IMG/VR virus record: IMGVR_UViG_3300020175_001039
Coordinates: 30,556 to 94,555 of that record
Source of the DNA: a virus
Strand: one strand, 5' to 3'
DNA length: 64,000 nucleotides
Part shown: positions 9,006-18,064 of the stretch, one piece after another
How positions within the stretch are numbered: position 1 is the first letter of the stretch
Layout of the letters: every line of letters starts with the position of its first letter
The notes under the pieces: generated by a model
Databases searched by the model: none
Seen by the model: the letters and a program-made list of their open reading frames with translations, nothing else
Told to the model about the DNA's origin: nothing
Translations under genes and position numbers: made by a program

Positions 9006-9397
9006 AGTTTACCTACCTTATATATAATAGTTTTTATTAAGCTGCCAAGACCATTACGGCGTTGTGCCGTCAACAGCTCTTTAATTCCCAGTGCTTCTAA
9101 GTCACTTGGTTCAATTGCTTTAGCTTGTGATAATGGTATACCACTAAAACAATCACATACAATATGCGTGATTCCTTTTGTAATCATTGCATCGCTATCG
9201 TATTTTACTTGTACAATACCTTCTTCATTAAATGCTGATACCCAAATTTGACTCATGCATCCATCAATTTTGTTATAATCAGTCTTGAAAGCGTCATCCA
9301 ATGTTGCTGATTTTTTTGCAAGATCAATCAAATGTACTAGACGATCATCATCGTCCAACCACTCCATCTCCTCTGCCCAATTATTTATCTTATCCAT
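9002..9397 (-). CDS. sufE: SufE Fe-S assembly sulfur acceptor
   Basis: GCMSQIW, DSDAMITKG, LTAQRRNGL; start revised to MDKIN. Confidence 0.9.
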   Translation of the reverse strand: MDKINNWAEEMEWLDDDDRLVHLIDLAKKSATLDDAFKTDYNKIDGCMSQIWVSAFNEEGIVQVKYDSDAMITKGITHIVCDCFSGIPLSQAKAIEPSDLEALGIKELLTAQRRNGLGSLIKTIIYKVGKL

Positions 9398-9398
9398 G

Positions 9399-10517
9399 TT
9401 ATACTTTCTTTTTGAAGACATATACACCTTCAAATTTTTCTCTGCCTGCTAGTTTATCGTTACCTACTCCAGGGCGTGTGTTGAGCATCATCTTAATTGT
9501 CTTGGTGTGTTCAAAACCTAATTTTTCGGCTGTAGCAATCCATTTATCAACTACTTCTACTGGTTCTTTCTGGCTGTATGTTTTATAATCTGCAATATTT
9601 GTAGCAAACGTTCCAGTTGATTTTAATCCACGATGTATGTTAATCATAGTTGGTTCAACGTAACCTTCAAACCATTCATCCAGTGTAGTATAATTAACCA
9701 TACACTGAGTAGGTTCATCACTATACTTTTCTAAGTTAAAGTATGGCGGAGAGCTGAATGCCAAATCAATATTCTCTGATTGGTAATTTTCACTAACGTC
9801 TTGGATAATTTCACTATTGGTATTTAAAAATGTATTTAAGTATTTTAGATAGTTATATGTCTCAGTGTTTGGATCTGTTCCAACATATGTATATCTCATA
9901 TTACTACTACTTATGCCTAATAACCTGCCGCCATAACCACAACTGTAATCGTATACCCTGCCCCACATTACTGGGCATAGATGCTCTACGATAGCACGTG
10001 CATTCTGCGCTTTGAAGTTGGTAACATTCTCTCCAGTCACTAACTCTAATGCTCTGCGCATTGCTGTAGGGTATACTAGTTTGTTGCCTTCTCTAAATTC
10101 AAAACAGATTCTGATAGCACGTTTTAGTTTTGCATCATCGTAAAATCTATCCTTTAATGAATTTGATCCTCTACCTTTTGGTTCTGCTGTTTGCATGTTG
10201 GTAAAGATAAATCTGTTAATGGTTTGACCTGCATTGTTTCCGAGTCCAATTCGTCCAGAAGACACACCGTTATATGACTTGGCTCGAAACCCTCGGACAG
10301 CGTCTCGAATTCCTTGCTCAGTGTAATATACCACAGGGACAAGCCCACGATTGCGGTAGAGATTAAAAACGCTATCAATAGTTCCTTCAGGATCTGCCGC
10401 ATATGTTTCTTTCGTGTGTTTATCAAATTCAGGATACAGGTCTTCATAACCAGTAAACTCATCCCCGAAGATGTGTTCAGATTTTATACCCCAAAAATCA
10501 TAAATCTTATCTATCAT
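9399..10517 (-). CDS. DNA amino-methyltransferase (m4C/m6A)
   Basis: Motif I DYSCGYGGR, motif IV FSSPPY; start revised to MIDKIY. Confidence 0.85.
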   Translation of the reverse strand: MIDKIYDFWGIKSEHIFGDEFTGYEDLYPEFDKHTKETYAADPEGTIDSVFNLYRNRGLVPVVYYTEQGIRDAVRGFRAKSYNGVSSGRIGLGNNAGQTINRFIFTNMQTAEPKGRGSNSLKDRFYDDAKLKRAIRICFEFREGNKLVYPTAMRRALELVTGENVTNFKAQNARAIVEHLCPVMWGRVYDYSCGYGGRLLGISSSNMRYTYVGTDPNTETYNYLKYLNTFLNTNSEIIQDVSENYQSENIDLAFSSPPYFNLEKYSDEPTQCMVNYTTLDEWFEGYVEPTMINIHRGLKSTGTFATNIADYKTYSQKEPVEVVDKWIATAEKLGFEHTKTIKMMLNTRPGVGNDKLAGREKFEGVYVFKKKV

Positions 10518-10698
10518 TATTTTCCTGTCGCAATCTAAATGGAGTATAAATGTTATCCCAAATATAAAAAATACTATAAGCACCTATGCCACCAATAAAC
10601 ATTGATAGCCAATTACCGCTAAACAATGCTATTTGTATATTGCCCCATAAAAAGTCTGCCGCAAAAAATGCCGCAATATAATCATACCATCTGATCAT
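10507..10698 (-). CDS. Small two-TM membrane protein
   Basis: MIRWYDYIAAFF...; ATGA-coupled to the upstream ORF. Confidence 0.55.
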   Translation of the reverse strand: MIRWYDYIAAFFAADFLWGNIQIALFSGNWLSMFIGGIGAYSIFYIWDNIYTPFRLRQENNDR

Positions 10699-10859
10699 CC
10701 GAATACCGCCCATACTAAAAAAAGTATAAGCATCCATCCAAAGAAGCCTATACCATTACTACCAACTAGACCTTTGCTTTTCGCACAATCATAACAATAG
10801 CGATACTTCTTTGGAGTTTGCTTACTACAAAAAAACGCATCACATGTTTTCTTACTCAT
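10695..10859 (-). CDS. Small Cys4 zinc-finger plus C-terminal TM protein (54 aa)
   Basis: Not in track: MSKKTCDAFFCSKQTPKKYRYCYDCAKSKGLVGSNGIGFFGWMLILFLVWAVFG; coupled on both sides. Confidence 0.7.
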   Translation of the reverse strand: MSKKTCDAFFCSKQTPKKYRYCYDCAKSKGLVGSNGIGFFGWMLILFLVWAVFG

Positions 10860-10955
10860 TAAATTAAGCCCTTCTTACGCAACTTTTCATCTAGCTCTTC
10901 ATACATTTTAATCGGAGCCTTCATTGCTTTTTCGTGCTGTGCGTTTTTATACTCT

Positions 10956-11849
10956 CTAAGTTCCCCAGGCATTTCCGAATAAGCTAATGTGGAGTCTTGG
11001 ACTGAATCGCCATCCTCTTGCCATACAGGCTTCCGCCACGTCTTTAACGTTGAGGGAATATTCTTCACTGCGTCCGCCCATTGGCATAAGGTATACTGGA
11101 CATTGTATCCCGGCATCTGCATAAGTTGCAACAGCCCTTTCGACTTCTTCAAAGTCAGACTCAGTAGCAACAACAAATTTGAAATACATGTTGCTATCAG
11201 TAACACAGGAATACTCACTAGCAATGTTAGGCTTGATAGCATCATCCCAAGACTCGCCCGAAACGGAGAGTTTTGGTGAACAACTAAATGTGACTGTAAT
11301 TCTGTCTGAATTGTTGAGATAATTGTACAGTTCATCGTGTAAAGGTTGTGTAGTGTTTGTTTCAAATGTAACATTTTTTAAATCCGCCATACGTGGGTGT
11401 TCGAATAATTCTACGTAAAGTCGTTGCCACGCTAACAACGGCTCGCCGCCTGTGAGAATAAGATGGATATCTTGTCCATCATCTTGTGTCCATTTACCTT
11501 GAGGAGTCAAAGAAAGCAAATGCTCTACTACTTCATCAATAGTTGCCAGCTTGTTGAAGTCTTTAAACTCTGGATAGATACTTGCATATGTATCACAGCC
11601 TGTGTGAACAATAGGAAGATCTTCAAATGTTTTAGTCTTCTCAATAATACCATCATCCAACAATGCCTTTACTTCTGCATTGTAACGCTGACCTTCTGCA
11701 TGTTGTTCCCAACGATCTTTCTTTGTATCTACACCAAAGTTCATACAACGGAAGTTACAACCAAAGGTACGTAGGAATACACTTGGTACCCCTACAAACT
11801 GGCCTTCGCCCTGTACGCTATAAAACGCTTCTGAATATCTTAGTTTCAT
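10956..11849 (-). CDS. queE: 7-carboxy-7-deazaguanine synthase QueE (radical SAM)
   Basis: SEAFYSVQGEG...PSVFLRTFGCNFRC (long insertion) GCDT, TGGEPL, ETN, SPKL, RFSPRLH; start revised to MKLRY. Confidence 0.92.
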   Translation of the reverse strand: MKLRYSEAFYSVQGEGQFVGVPSVFLRTFGCNFRCMNFGVDTKKDRWEQHAEGQRYNAEVKALLDDGIIEKTKTFEDLPIVHTGCDTYASIYPEFKDFNKLATIDEVVEHLLSLTPQGKWTQDDGQDIHLILTGGEPLLAWQRLYVELFEHPRMADLKNVTFETNTTQPLHDELYNYLNNSDRITVTFSCSPKLSVSGESWDDAIKPNIASEYSCVTDSNMYFKFVVATESDFEEVERAVATYADAGIQCPVYLMPMGGRSEEYSLNVKDVAEACMARGWRFSPRLHISLFGNAWGT

Positions 11850-11986
11850 TTGTTTAGCATCCTTGCACATGTAAAGAAACTGTTTTCTTTCAAACAATCA
11901 CTCCATTGATGATATGCAAGTGCTAGTACACCCGCAATAATTGCTGTTGACAGTACCAGTGTACTAATAATCTTAAGCCAATTCAT
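11846..11986 (-). CDS. Small membrane protein (46 aa)
   Basis: Not in track: MNWLKIISTLVLSTAIIAGVLALAYHQWSDCLKENSFFTCARMLNK; ATGA overlaps at both ends. Confidence 0.6.
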   Translation of the reverse strand: MNWLKIISTLVLSTAIIAGVLALAYHQWSDCLKENSFFTCARMLNK

Positions 11987-12147
11987 TTTGTAGTTACCTT
12001 CCGTAATGTCCATGAGCCATCTTTGTTATCAATCCACTCGATTGTATCGCCAACACCAGCGTCCAGCGCCTCTAGCATTTCGTCAGTCAGCTCAAAGAAC
12101 AGTTCATCACTGCCTTCAACTTGTTGTAGGGTTAATGTTTTTTGCAT
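11983..12147 (-). CDS. AbrB/MazE/SpoVT-like DNA-binding protein (54 aa)
   Basis: Not in track: MQKTLTLQQVEGSDELFFELTDEMLEALDAGVGDTIEWIDNKDGSWTLRKVTTK. Confidence 0.7.
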   Translation of the reverse strand: MQKTLTLQQVEGSDELFFELTDEMLEALDAGVGDTIEWIDNKDGSWTLRKVTTK

Positions 12148-12898
12148 TTAATACCTCATTTGTTTCTTTAACTTGTTCTAGTATACTATGATCTATTACT
12201 GTTGTCAAGGCTTTTACGTCCTTGGGAAAGCATGCACCTTGATAACCCAAGTTACCCTGGGCGTTAGGCGCTTTCATCATATCAGGCCCGATGCGATAGA
12301 AGTTTCCGAGAGCATTCGTTACTGTTTCATAATCAATACTTTCAGGCATGTTTGCATATAACTCGTGAAACCATGCTACCTTGGTAGCTAAAAATGCATT
12401 GTGTGCATACTTGATCATGCTTGCTTCTTCGGTGCTGCAATATACTGTATTTAGATCGTGTCCAGATGCCTCTGCAAACAAATCATCCCACCATACTGCA
12501 TCATCTCGGTTATTTTCGTGGTGACCAAATATCCACTGTTCTTGGTTATTGAAGTCTTCTTCTGCTCTAGCCTCACGTAAAAACTCTGGGTTGTATACTA
12601 CATTAGCTTCATAGTCACGTAAACAATCAAATGTTACACTACTTTTAAGTAACACTTTGGTACGGTGATCTGTCATCTCCAATATTTCACGTACAATACT
12701 ATCATCACATGTGCCGTCTTCTGCACTAGGTGTCGGGACACATATGATAATTCCATCATTTTCAAATATTGCATCATGTGGGTCTACACCTGGATACAAT
12801 ACTGGATCTACTCTACTAACCGCTACTCCATTATTTTGCAGAAAGTTGGCGACAGTGCCGCCAACAAATCCACATCCAAAAACAGCTATATGCATCAA
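12116..12898 (-). CDS. ugd: UDP-glucose/GDP-mannose 6-dehydrogenase family (short form, no C-terminal domain)
   Basis: GCGFVG, CVPTP, NPEFLRE, KYAHNAFLATKV, GYQGACFPKD. Confidence 0.88.
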   Translation of the reverse strand: MMHIAVFGCGFVGGTVANFLQNNGVAVSRVDPVLYPGVDPHDAIFENDGIIICVPTPSAEDGTCDDSIVREILEMTDHRTKVLLKSSVTFDCLRDYEANVVYNPEFLREARAEEDFNNQEQWIFGHHENNRDDAVWWDDLFAEASGHDLNTVYCSTEEASMIKYAHNAFLATKVAWFHELYANMPESIDYETVTNALGNFYRIGPDMMKAPNAQGNLGYQGACFPKDVKALTTVIDHSILEQVKETNEVLNAKNINPTTS

Positions 12899-14265
12899 TA
12901 GTCCATATCCTCGTCAATTGCAAGACCAATGGTGCCTGGCTTGTTTACAAAATTATGTAATGTGCGTACACCAAATCCAACTGCGCCTTTGGGAGTAAGT
13001 GGCTTGCCGTTATCTTCCCATGCCATGCCTGCAATATCCAAGTGAGCCCATACAACGTCATTTTCGATAAACTTGAACAAGAACTCCGCCGCCGTTGTTG
13101 AGCCAGCGTATGGGCCGCCAATGTTCTGCATATCAGCAATTGGCGATTCAATCATTTTTGCATATTCAGGACCCATTGGCATGCGATAAAATCCTTCACT
13201 ACAATCTTTGCCTGCGGCAAGAATTAGCTTCTCCAACTCTGTTGAGTTAGTAAACAATCCTGCCATTTGTTTTCCCAATGCGGCGACAATTGCACCAGTT
13301 AAGGTAGCCAAATTAATCACAGTAGCTGGTTTATATTCACGTTGAACATATGTCAAAATATCCGCAAGTACAAGCCGACCCTCTGCATCAGTATTCAAGT
13401 TTTCTACTGTCTGTCCGCTTAGTGATGTAACAACATCACCTGGCTTGATTGCTTTACCGTCTGGCATGTTCTCTACAAGACCTACAATACCCACAACGTT
13501 TCTTTTAGTATTCGTTGAAGCAATTGCATGCATGGCACCTACCACTGCGGCGCTGCCTCCCATGTCATACTTCATATCTCCCATACCACGCCCTGGCTTG
13601 AGGCTAATGCCGCCACTGTCAAATGTAACACCTTTGCCTACTAGTGCAACTGGCTGATCATCTTTTTTACCATTCATGTATTCCATAACAACAACTTGTG
13701 AATCCCTGTCGCTACCTTGTCCTACACTTAGTAGCAAGTTAAATCCCATCTTTTCTAGTTGACGTTGACTGTATACTTTGACAGTTACACCAAGAGGTGT
13801 AAGTGTTGATTGGATACGATCAGCATATTCTTCTGGATATAATTCGTTACCAGGCTCACTAACAAAGTCACGAGCCCAATTTACACTAGTAGAAACACCA
13901 CTTCCATGTGTTACAACGCCGCCATATAATATTTCTTTAAGTTTATTGGCTTTCGGATCAGTTTTGTATTTGTTAAATTCATACATTGCCAATTCCGCAC
14001 CGTCGACAATAGCGTCTCCAAAACATCCAGTATCAAAATTAAGTGTTTCTACTTTTGATTTATATTTACCTACCATTTTGCCAGCAAGTGTGCGCCATGC
14101 TTCACCATTTTCTTCGGGCTTTTTTTCTACAATAGTGATGTAGTCATACTCATCATGTGCAAATGATACATCAACATCTCCTTGTTGTACGCTTGCACGT
14201 TTTGCAATATCACCAAGTGCTTTGGCTTGTTTGCTGTCTTTAATTACTACTAATGCTTTAGACAT
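12895..14265 (-). CDS. pepA: Leucyl aminopeptidase (M17)
   Basis: GKGVTFDSGG, MKYDMGG, NTDAEGRL, ATLTGA, WAHLDIAG. Confidence 0.95.
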   Translation of the reverse strand: MSKALVVIKDSKQAKALGDIAKRASVQQGDVDVSFAHDEYDYITIVEKKPEENGEAWRTLAGKMVGKYKSKVETLNFDTGCFGDAIVDGAELAMYEFNKYKTDPKANKLKEILYGGVVTHGSGVSTSVNWARDFVSEPGNELYPEEYADRIQSTLTPLGVTVKVYSQRQLEKMGFNLLLSVGQGSDRDSQVVVMEYMNGKKDDQPVALVGKGVTFDSGGISLKPGRGMGDMKYDMGGSAAVVGAMHAIASTNTKRNVVGIVGLVENMPDGKAIKPGDVVTSLSGQTVENLNTDAEGRLVLADILTYVQREYKPATVINLATLTGAIVAALGKQMAGLFTNSTELEKLILAAGKDCSEGFYRMPMGPEYAKMIESPIADMQNIGGPYAGSTTAAEFLFKFIENDVVWAHLDIAGMAWEDNGKPLTPKGAVGFGVRTLHNFVNKPGTIGLAIDEDMDY

Positions 14266-14267
14266 TG

Positions 14268-14597
14268 TTACTCCTCGATTAAATTTGAATATCTTTTTAA
14301 TTTTAAACGCTTTACTTGTTTTCGAGCATCTAGTTCTTGTCTTGTAATATAGCCGTGTTCAATTAATAAATCCAACATCAATGCTACATCGCCAGCCTCT
14401 TCGATAAGACCTTCTATTTTCTTTTTATCAGTTCCCCATCGTACAATTTTCATACACGATTGAATTAATTCACCACATTCTTCAGCAGTAATTGCCATGA
14501 GTTCTGTTTCCAATGGCTGTTTACTTTTGTCAGATCGATTAACTGCATCATATGATGGGTATCCTTTTTCATATACTGGTGGTGCATTAGTGTCCAT
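14268..14597 (-). CDS. MazG-like NTP pyrophosphohydrolase
   Basis: EECGEL...EEAGDV. Confidence 0.75.
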   Translation of the reverse strand: MDTNAPPVYEKGYPSYDAVNRSDKSKQPLETELMAITAEECGELIQSCMKIVRWGTDKKKIEGLIEEAGDVALMLDLLIEHGYITRQELDARKQVKRLKLKRYSNLIEE

Positions 14598-14633
14598 TTA
14601 TTAAATCTCCAAAGTTTGATATTTTATACTTCC

Positions 14634-14662
14634 ATTATAATCTAAAATTTGCAAGAAGTCAA
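14634..14662 (-). promoter_or_regulatory. Sigma70-type promoter
   Basis: TTGACT, 17 bp, TATAAT. Confidence 0.75.
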
Positions 14663-14668
14663 TCGTTT

Positions 14669-15010
14669 TTAAGCATGTCCCACAGTCTCACGCATAATGT
14701 CATTATGCGAAAATTCTGCCCAATATAATTCAAAAGCGACACCATCTTCTAAACATTCAAACTGATGATACACTCCAGGCTTAACCTTAGTGTACATGCC
14801 TGGTTCGAGAATAGTCTCATCAACTAAATCATAATCTTTCTGCCATACACGAATAAGCATACGACCAGATTCGACATAAAACCCATTCCACTTAAATTCA
14901 TGTAGGTGTTTAGAACAAACACCGCCCTTGTTCATTTCAATACGATGGAATTCCAAAGCACCATTAGCTTCAACTAATTCAGTGTTGCCCCATACCTTAC
15001 CTGCTATCAT
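14669..15010 (-). CDS. Cupin (sugar isomerase-like)
   Basis: KVWG, SKHLH..KWNGFYVESG, PGVYHQF. Confidence 0.75.
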   Translation of the reverse strand: MIAGKVWGNTELVEANGALEFHRIEMNKGGVCSKHLHEFKWNGFYVESGRMLIRVWQKDYDLVDETILEPGMYTKVKPGVYHQFECLEDGVAFELYWAEFSHNDIMRETVGHA

Positions 15011-15689
15011 TCCATTTCCCCAAATCTTGTGGTGTGTTAATTTCTATACCATTAAACTCAACTGGGAACACACTCATGCTCCAACCGCTTTTTAACCAAC
15101 GCAGCTGTTCTAGTTTTTCAATTCTTTCTTCACGTGTACTTACAAGTGTATCATATAGTGCTAATGCTTCACGTTTATATCCATATACACCTAAATGTTG
15201 GTCTCCGTATCCCGACATTCCTCTCCCCATCCACAACACTTTATCACCTGCACGTACAAGTTTAACTGTGTTTGGGTCATCTAGTCTTTCATCTTTAATT
15301 GGAGTACACACTGTTGCTAATGGATAATGCTTTAATCCAAAGATACATTTGTCAATCATTTCCAGTGTCACGTCAGGCATATCACCTTGTACATTAATGA
15401 ATTGATCGTAGTGTCCTAAGTACTTAGTAAACATGTCATTCGCTACTGCGCCAGCACATCTAGCAGTTCCGTTTTCGTATTCTTGTTCTTGATCTATCCA
15501 ACACGCCCTTGCGCCAAACTGTTCAAAAATACGCATATCGTCTGTAAGTACATATGTCGGTAGCCCTGTTGCTTTACATGCATTGTAGACACGCTTAATC
15601 ATAGGAATACCATCTAGCATTGCCAGTGGCTTGCCGAGAAAGCGAGTGCTGTTATACCTTGCTGGTATAAGAATAGCTGATGATGTCAC
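14997..15689 (-). CDS. kdsB: CMP-KDO synthetase
   Basis: IPARYNSTRFLGKPL, NVQGD, HLGVYGY, EKLEQLRWL. Confidence 0.92.
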   Translation of the reverse strand: MTSSAILIPARYNSTRFLGKPLAMLDGIPMIKRVYNACKATGLPTYVLTDDMRIFEQFGARACWIDQEQEYENGTARCAGAVANDMFTKYLGHYDQFINVQGDMPDVTLEMIDKCIFGLKHYPLATVCTPIKDERLDDPNTVKLVRAGDKVLWMGRGMSGYGDQHLGVYGYKREALALYDTLVSTREERIEKLEQLRWLKSGWSMSVFPVEFNGIEINTPQDLGKWNDSR

Positions 15690-16455
15690 GTACTATCTCC
15701 TCAAAGTCTTTTAAGTGTAACATGTTGGGTCCATCACTGGGTGCGTTGTCTGGATCTGCATGTACTTCTAAGAAGAAGTTACTGACGCCCATAGCAGAAG
15801 CAGCCCTAGTAAGACCTGGAACATAATTGCGATTACCCCCACTACTAGAACCCTGTCCTCCTGGCGACTGGACTGAGTGAGTGGCATCGAACACAATATT
15901 ACTAAAATTGTCAAGCATATAGTTGATGCCAGTAAAATCATTAACCAAAGTATTATATCCAAAACTGGTACCTCTTTCTGTAATCCACACTTCTTTTGCA
16001 CCTTGTGTTTTACTAAGGATACCTTTTACATCCCATGGTGCAAGAAACTGTCCTTTCTTGATGTTGACAATCTTGCCTGTTTTGCAAGCTGCCTTAATCA
16101 AATCTGTTTGTCTGCATAAGAATGCTGGTATCTGTAATACATCAACGCATTCCTCCCAACCTACGATAATCTCACCAATCTGGCTAACACTATGTACATC
16201 TGTTACTGTAGATACTCCATACGTTTCTTTCAGTGTACGAAAATCCATCATGGTGTTTTCTAGTCCAACCCCACGTTTACTATCTGCACTTGTACGATTT
16301 GCTTTGTCGTAACTTGCTTTAAAATAATAATCGATACCATACTTGTCGCACACACGTTTACACTCACGTGCAATCTCTGCACTTTGTGCTAGACCTTCAT
16401 GCTGACAAGGTCCTGCAATAATTCTCATGACAGGTAATTCTATAATTTTATTCAT
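15652..16455 (-). CDS. kdsA: KDO-8-phosphate synthase
   Basis: IAGPC, KASYDKANRT, QIPAFLCRQT, KKGQFLAP, ERG, DATHSVQ, SDG. Confidence 0.96.
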   Translation of the reverse strand: MNKIIELPVMRIIAGPCQHEGLAQSAEIARECKRVCDKYGIDYYFKASYDKANRTSADSKRGVGLENTMMDFRTLKETYGVSTVTDVHSVSQIGEIIVGWEECVDVLQIPAFLCRQTDLIKAACKTGKIVNIKKGQFLAPWDVKGILSKTQGAKEVWITERGTSFGYNTLVNDFTGINYMLDNFSNIVFDATHSVQSPGGQGSSSGGNRNYVPGLTRAASAMGVSNFFLEVHADPDNAPSDGPNMLHLKDFEEIVRDIISYSYTSKV

Positions 16456-16457
16456 TT

Positions 16458-16931
16458 CTAATCCCAGAGATTTTCAAAATAAGTCCCGAACAAACGGAAA
16501 CCATTGCTCATGCGATCTTGGTGGGCTTTTGCACCTTCACTATCCCATTTGTTATAGTCGTAATCTTCCATCCAATCGTCACGACACTTTTGTTCGAACG
16601 CCCAGATCATTTCATCCATGATCCAGTCCCAACGTTCAAAGAACTTAGGGTCAGAATCACCGTTTTTGCCGTATGCGTCCAGTTGCTTTTTAGTAGCACG
16701 TAGTTCTCGTGGAACATCTTTCATGTCTACCATAGGAGCACCATGCTTTGTAGCTCTTAGCTGTACAAGCATAGGCAATATGATAGGTGCAAGAGTATGA
16801 TCCATACTCCAAGTATCATAGTCGTGAATCTTTATACTCGTTCGTTGCTGTTGACTATAACCAAACCAGCGGTACAACCAGTTGTGATAGAACCTATGTT
16901 TAGGATAATCGCTGATATAAACTTTCATCAC
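16458..16931 (-). CDS. Conserved hypothetical phage protein
   Basis: DTWSMDHTLA...WDWIMDEMIWAF...GFRLFG.YF..LWD. Confidence 0.7.
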   Translation of the reverse strand: MMKVYISDYPKHRFYHNWLYRWFGYSQQQRTSIKIHDYDTWSMDHTLAPIILPMLVQLRATKHGAPMVDMKDVPRELRATKKQLDAYGKNGDSDPKFFERWDWIMDEMIWAFEQKCRDDWMEDYDYNKWDSEGAKAHQDRMSNGFRLFGTYFENLWD

Positions 16932-17239
16932 GATCCCTCATAGCTAATAGTGCGACCAGTGTCTTCATAAATCATTGACCAACCACATCCATATGCAGGG
17001 ACAATTTCTACAAACTGCGGCATCTGATTATCATCTTTAGGTCCATGACCACCAGACAAGAAATATGCACCACTCATTTCTGGTGTTGCGTGTTTAAAAC
17101 GATTACGCTCACGTGCATAGATTTCAAGACCTTTGCGCAGTTTTTCGTTCTCTGCTTCCAGTTCAACAATCTTAGCCTCAGCCTCAAGCCACGCATCGAG
17201 CACCTTCGGGGTCTCCGCCTCTGCCTGCTCATCACTCAT
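16928..17239 (-). CDS. Hypothetical protein
   Basis: Strong AAGGAG RBS; coiled-coil N-terminus. Confidence 0.6.
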   Translation of the reverse strand: MSDEQAEAETPKVLDAWLEAEAKIVELEAENEKLRKGLEIYARERNRFKHATPEMSGAYFLSGGHGPKDDNQMPQFVEIVPAYGCGWSMIYEDTGRTISYEGS

Positions 17240-17257
17240 CTTTCTTCTCCTTTAACA

Positions 17258-17470
17258 TTAATCCACCAAAGTGTTCTTAAGTTCTTTCAGAACCTGCTCT
17301 AGTTTCTCTACATCTGCGTTACGACAAGAAGAGATTCGATTAGGACGAAAGACCCTACCTTCATTTGTCTCTTCGGTTTTGTCAAGAAGTTCAAACAGCT
17401 CTTTAATGAGAGTCTTCGTTTTTTCCAGATCCATCAATAGACCTTCTTCGTATAATTCCCGATCATTCAC
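17258..17470 (-). CDS. Hypothetical protein
   Basis: GTG start after AAGGA. Confidence 0.55.
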   Translation of the reverse strand: MNDRELYEEGLLMDLEKTKTLIKELFELLDKTEETNEGRVFRPNRISSCRNADVEKLEQVLKELKNTLVD

Positions 17471-17536
17471 CGTCTTGTCCTTTAAGTTCTGTTGACATCT
17501 TGTTGCCCTCTTTGTTAACTTCTTCTAGTACGTTCC

Positions 17537-17565
17537 AGCTTAATGTATCTAGAAAGAAATGTCAA
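17537..17565 (-). promoter_or_regulatory. Sigma70-type promoter
   Basis: TTGACA, 17 bp, TAAGCT. Confidence 0.6.
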
Positions 17566-17581
17566 CGGTTAATTTTATATC

Positions 17582-18064
17582 TTACTTAAAAGCCTTGCCA
17601 AATCCCTCAACATATAAATGATCATATTGCTCGAACCTGTATATATTAAAATCTCCAAACATACCATACATTGTAGCACCTTTGTCCAATTTGTCAAATT
17701 CTATTAACATGTTTTTATATTGTTCTGAATTTTTATTATCATTATACGGCACGGGGTATAATTTCCCCATCACAGTATATCGTGGATTATTTAATCGTGT
17801 ACCATGCTTTTCTACAGAAGCAAAATAGATACTAACACGTTTACTTATGTCCTGAATATTTCTAGTATGCTCGCTTAAATCACTTAGTAGCAAATAAATC
17901 TCACCATTTACTACTGCAGGCATTACCTTGGATACATGTGGAAATCGTTCACCAGTAGTTGCCAATGCTGCTTGTTGGAAATTTTCCATCAAATCATTAA
18001 TCTTAAACTGTGTCTCTGTATCAATTTCGTGGTACATTATTTGCCTTCCCAATGCGCATGGCAA
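17582..18064 (-). CDS. Pyridoxamine-5'-phosphate oxidase-like / HugZ split-barrel protein
   Basis: ALAT...PHVS, SDLSEHTRNI, FGDF, YVEGFGKA. Confidence 0.8.
   Translation of the reverse strand: MPCALGRQIMYHEIDTETQFKINDLMENFQQAALATTGERFPHVSKVMPAVVNGEIYLLLSDLSEHTRNIQDISKRVSIYFASVEKHGTRLNNPRYTVMGKLYPVPYNDNKNSEQYKNMLIEFDKLDKGATMYGMFGDFNIYRFEQYDHLYVEGFGKAFK

Noticed and set aside
10859-11374. 171-aa ORF overlapping queE
   Set aside because: Mostly an alternate frame of queE; at most the last ~20-37 codons could be a real small gene
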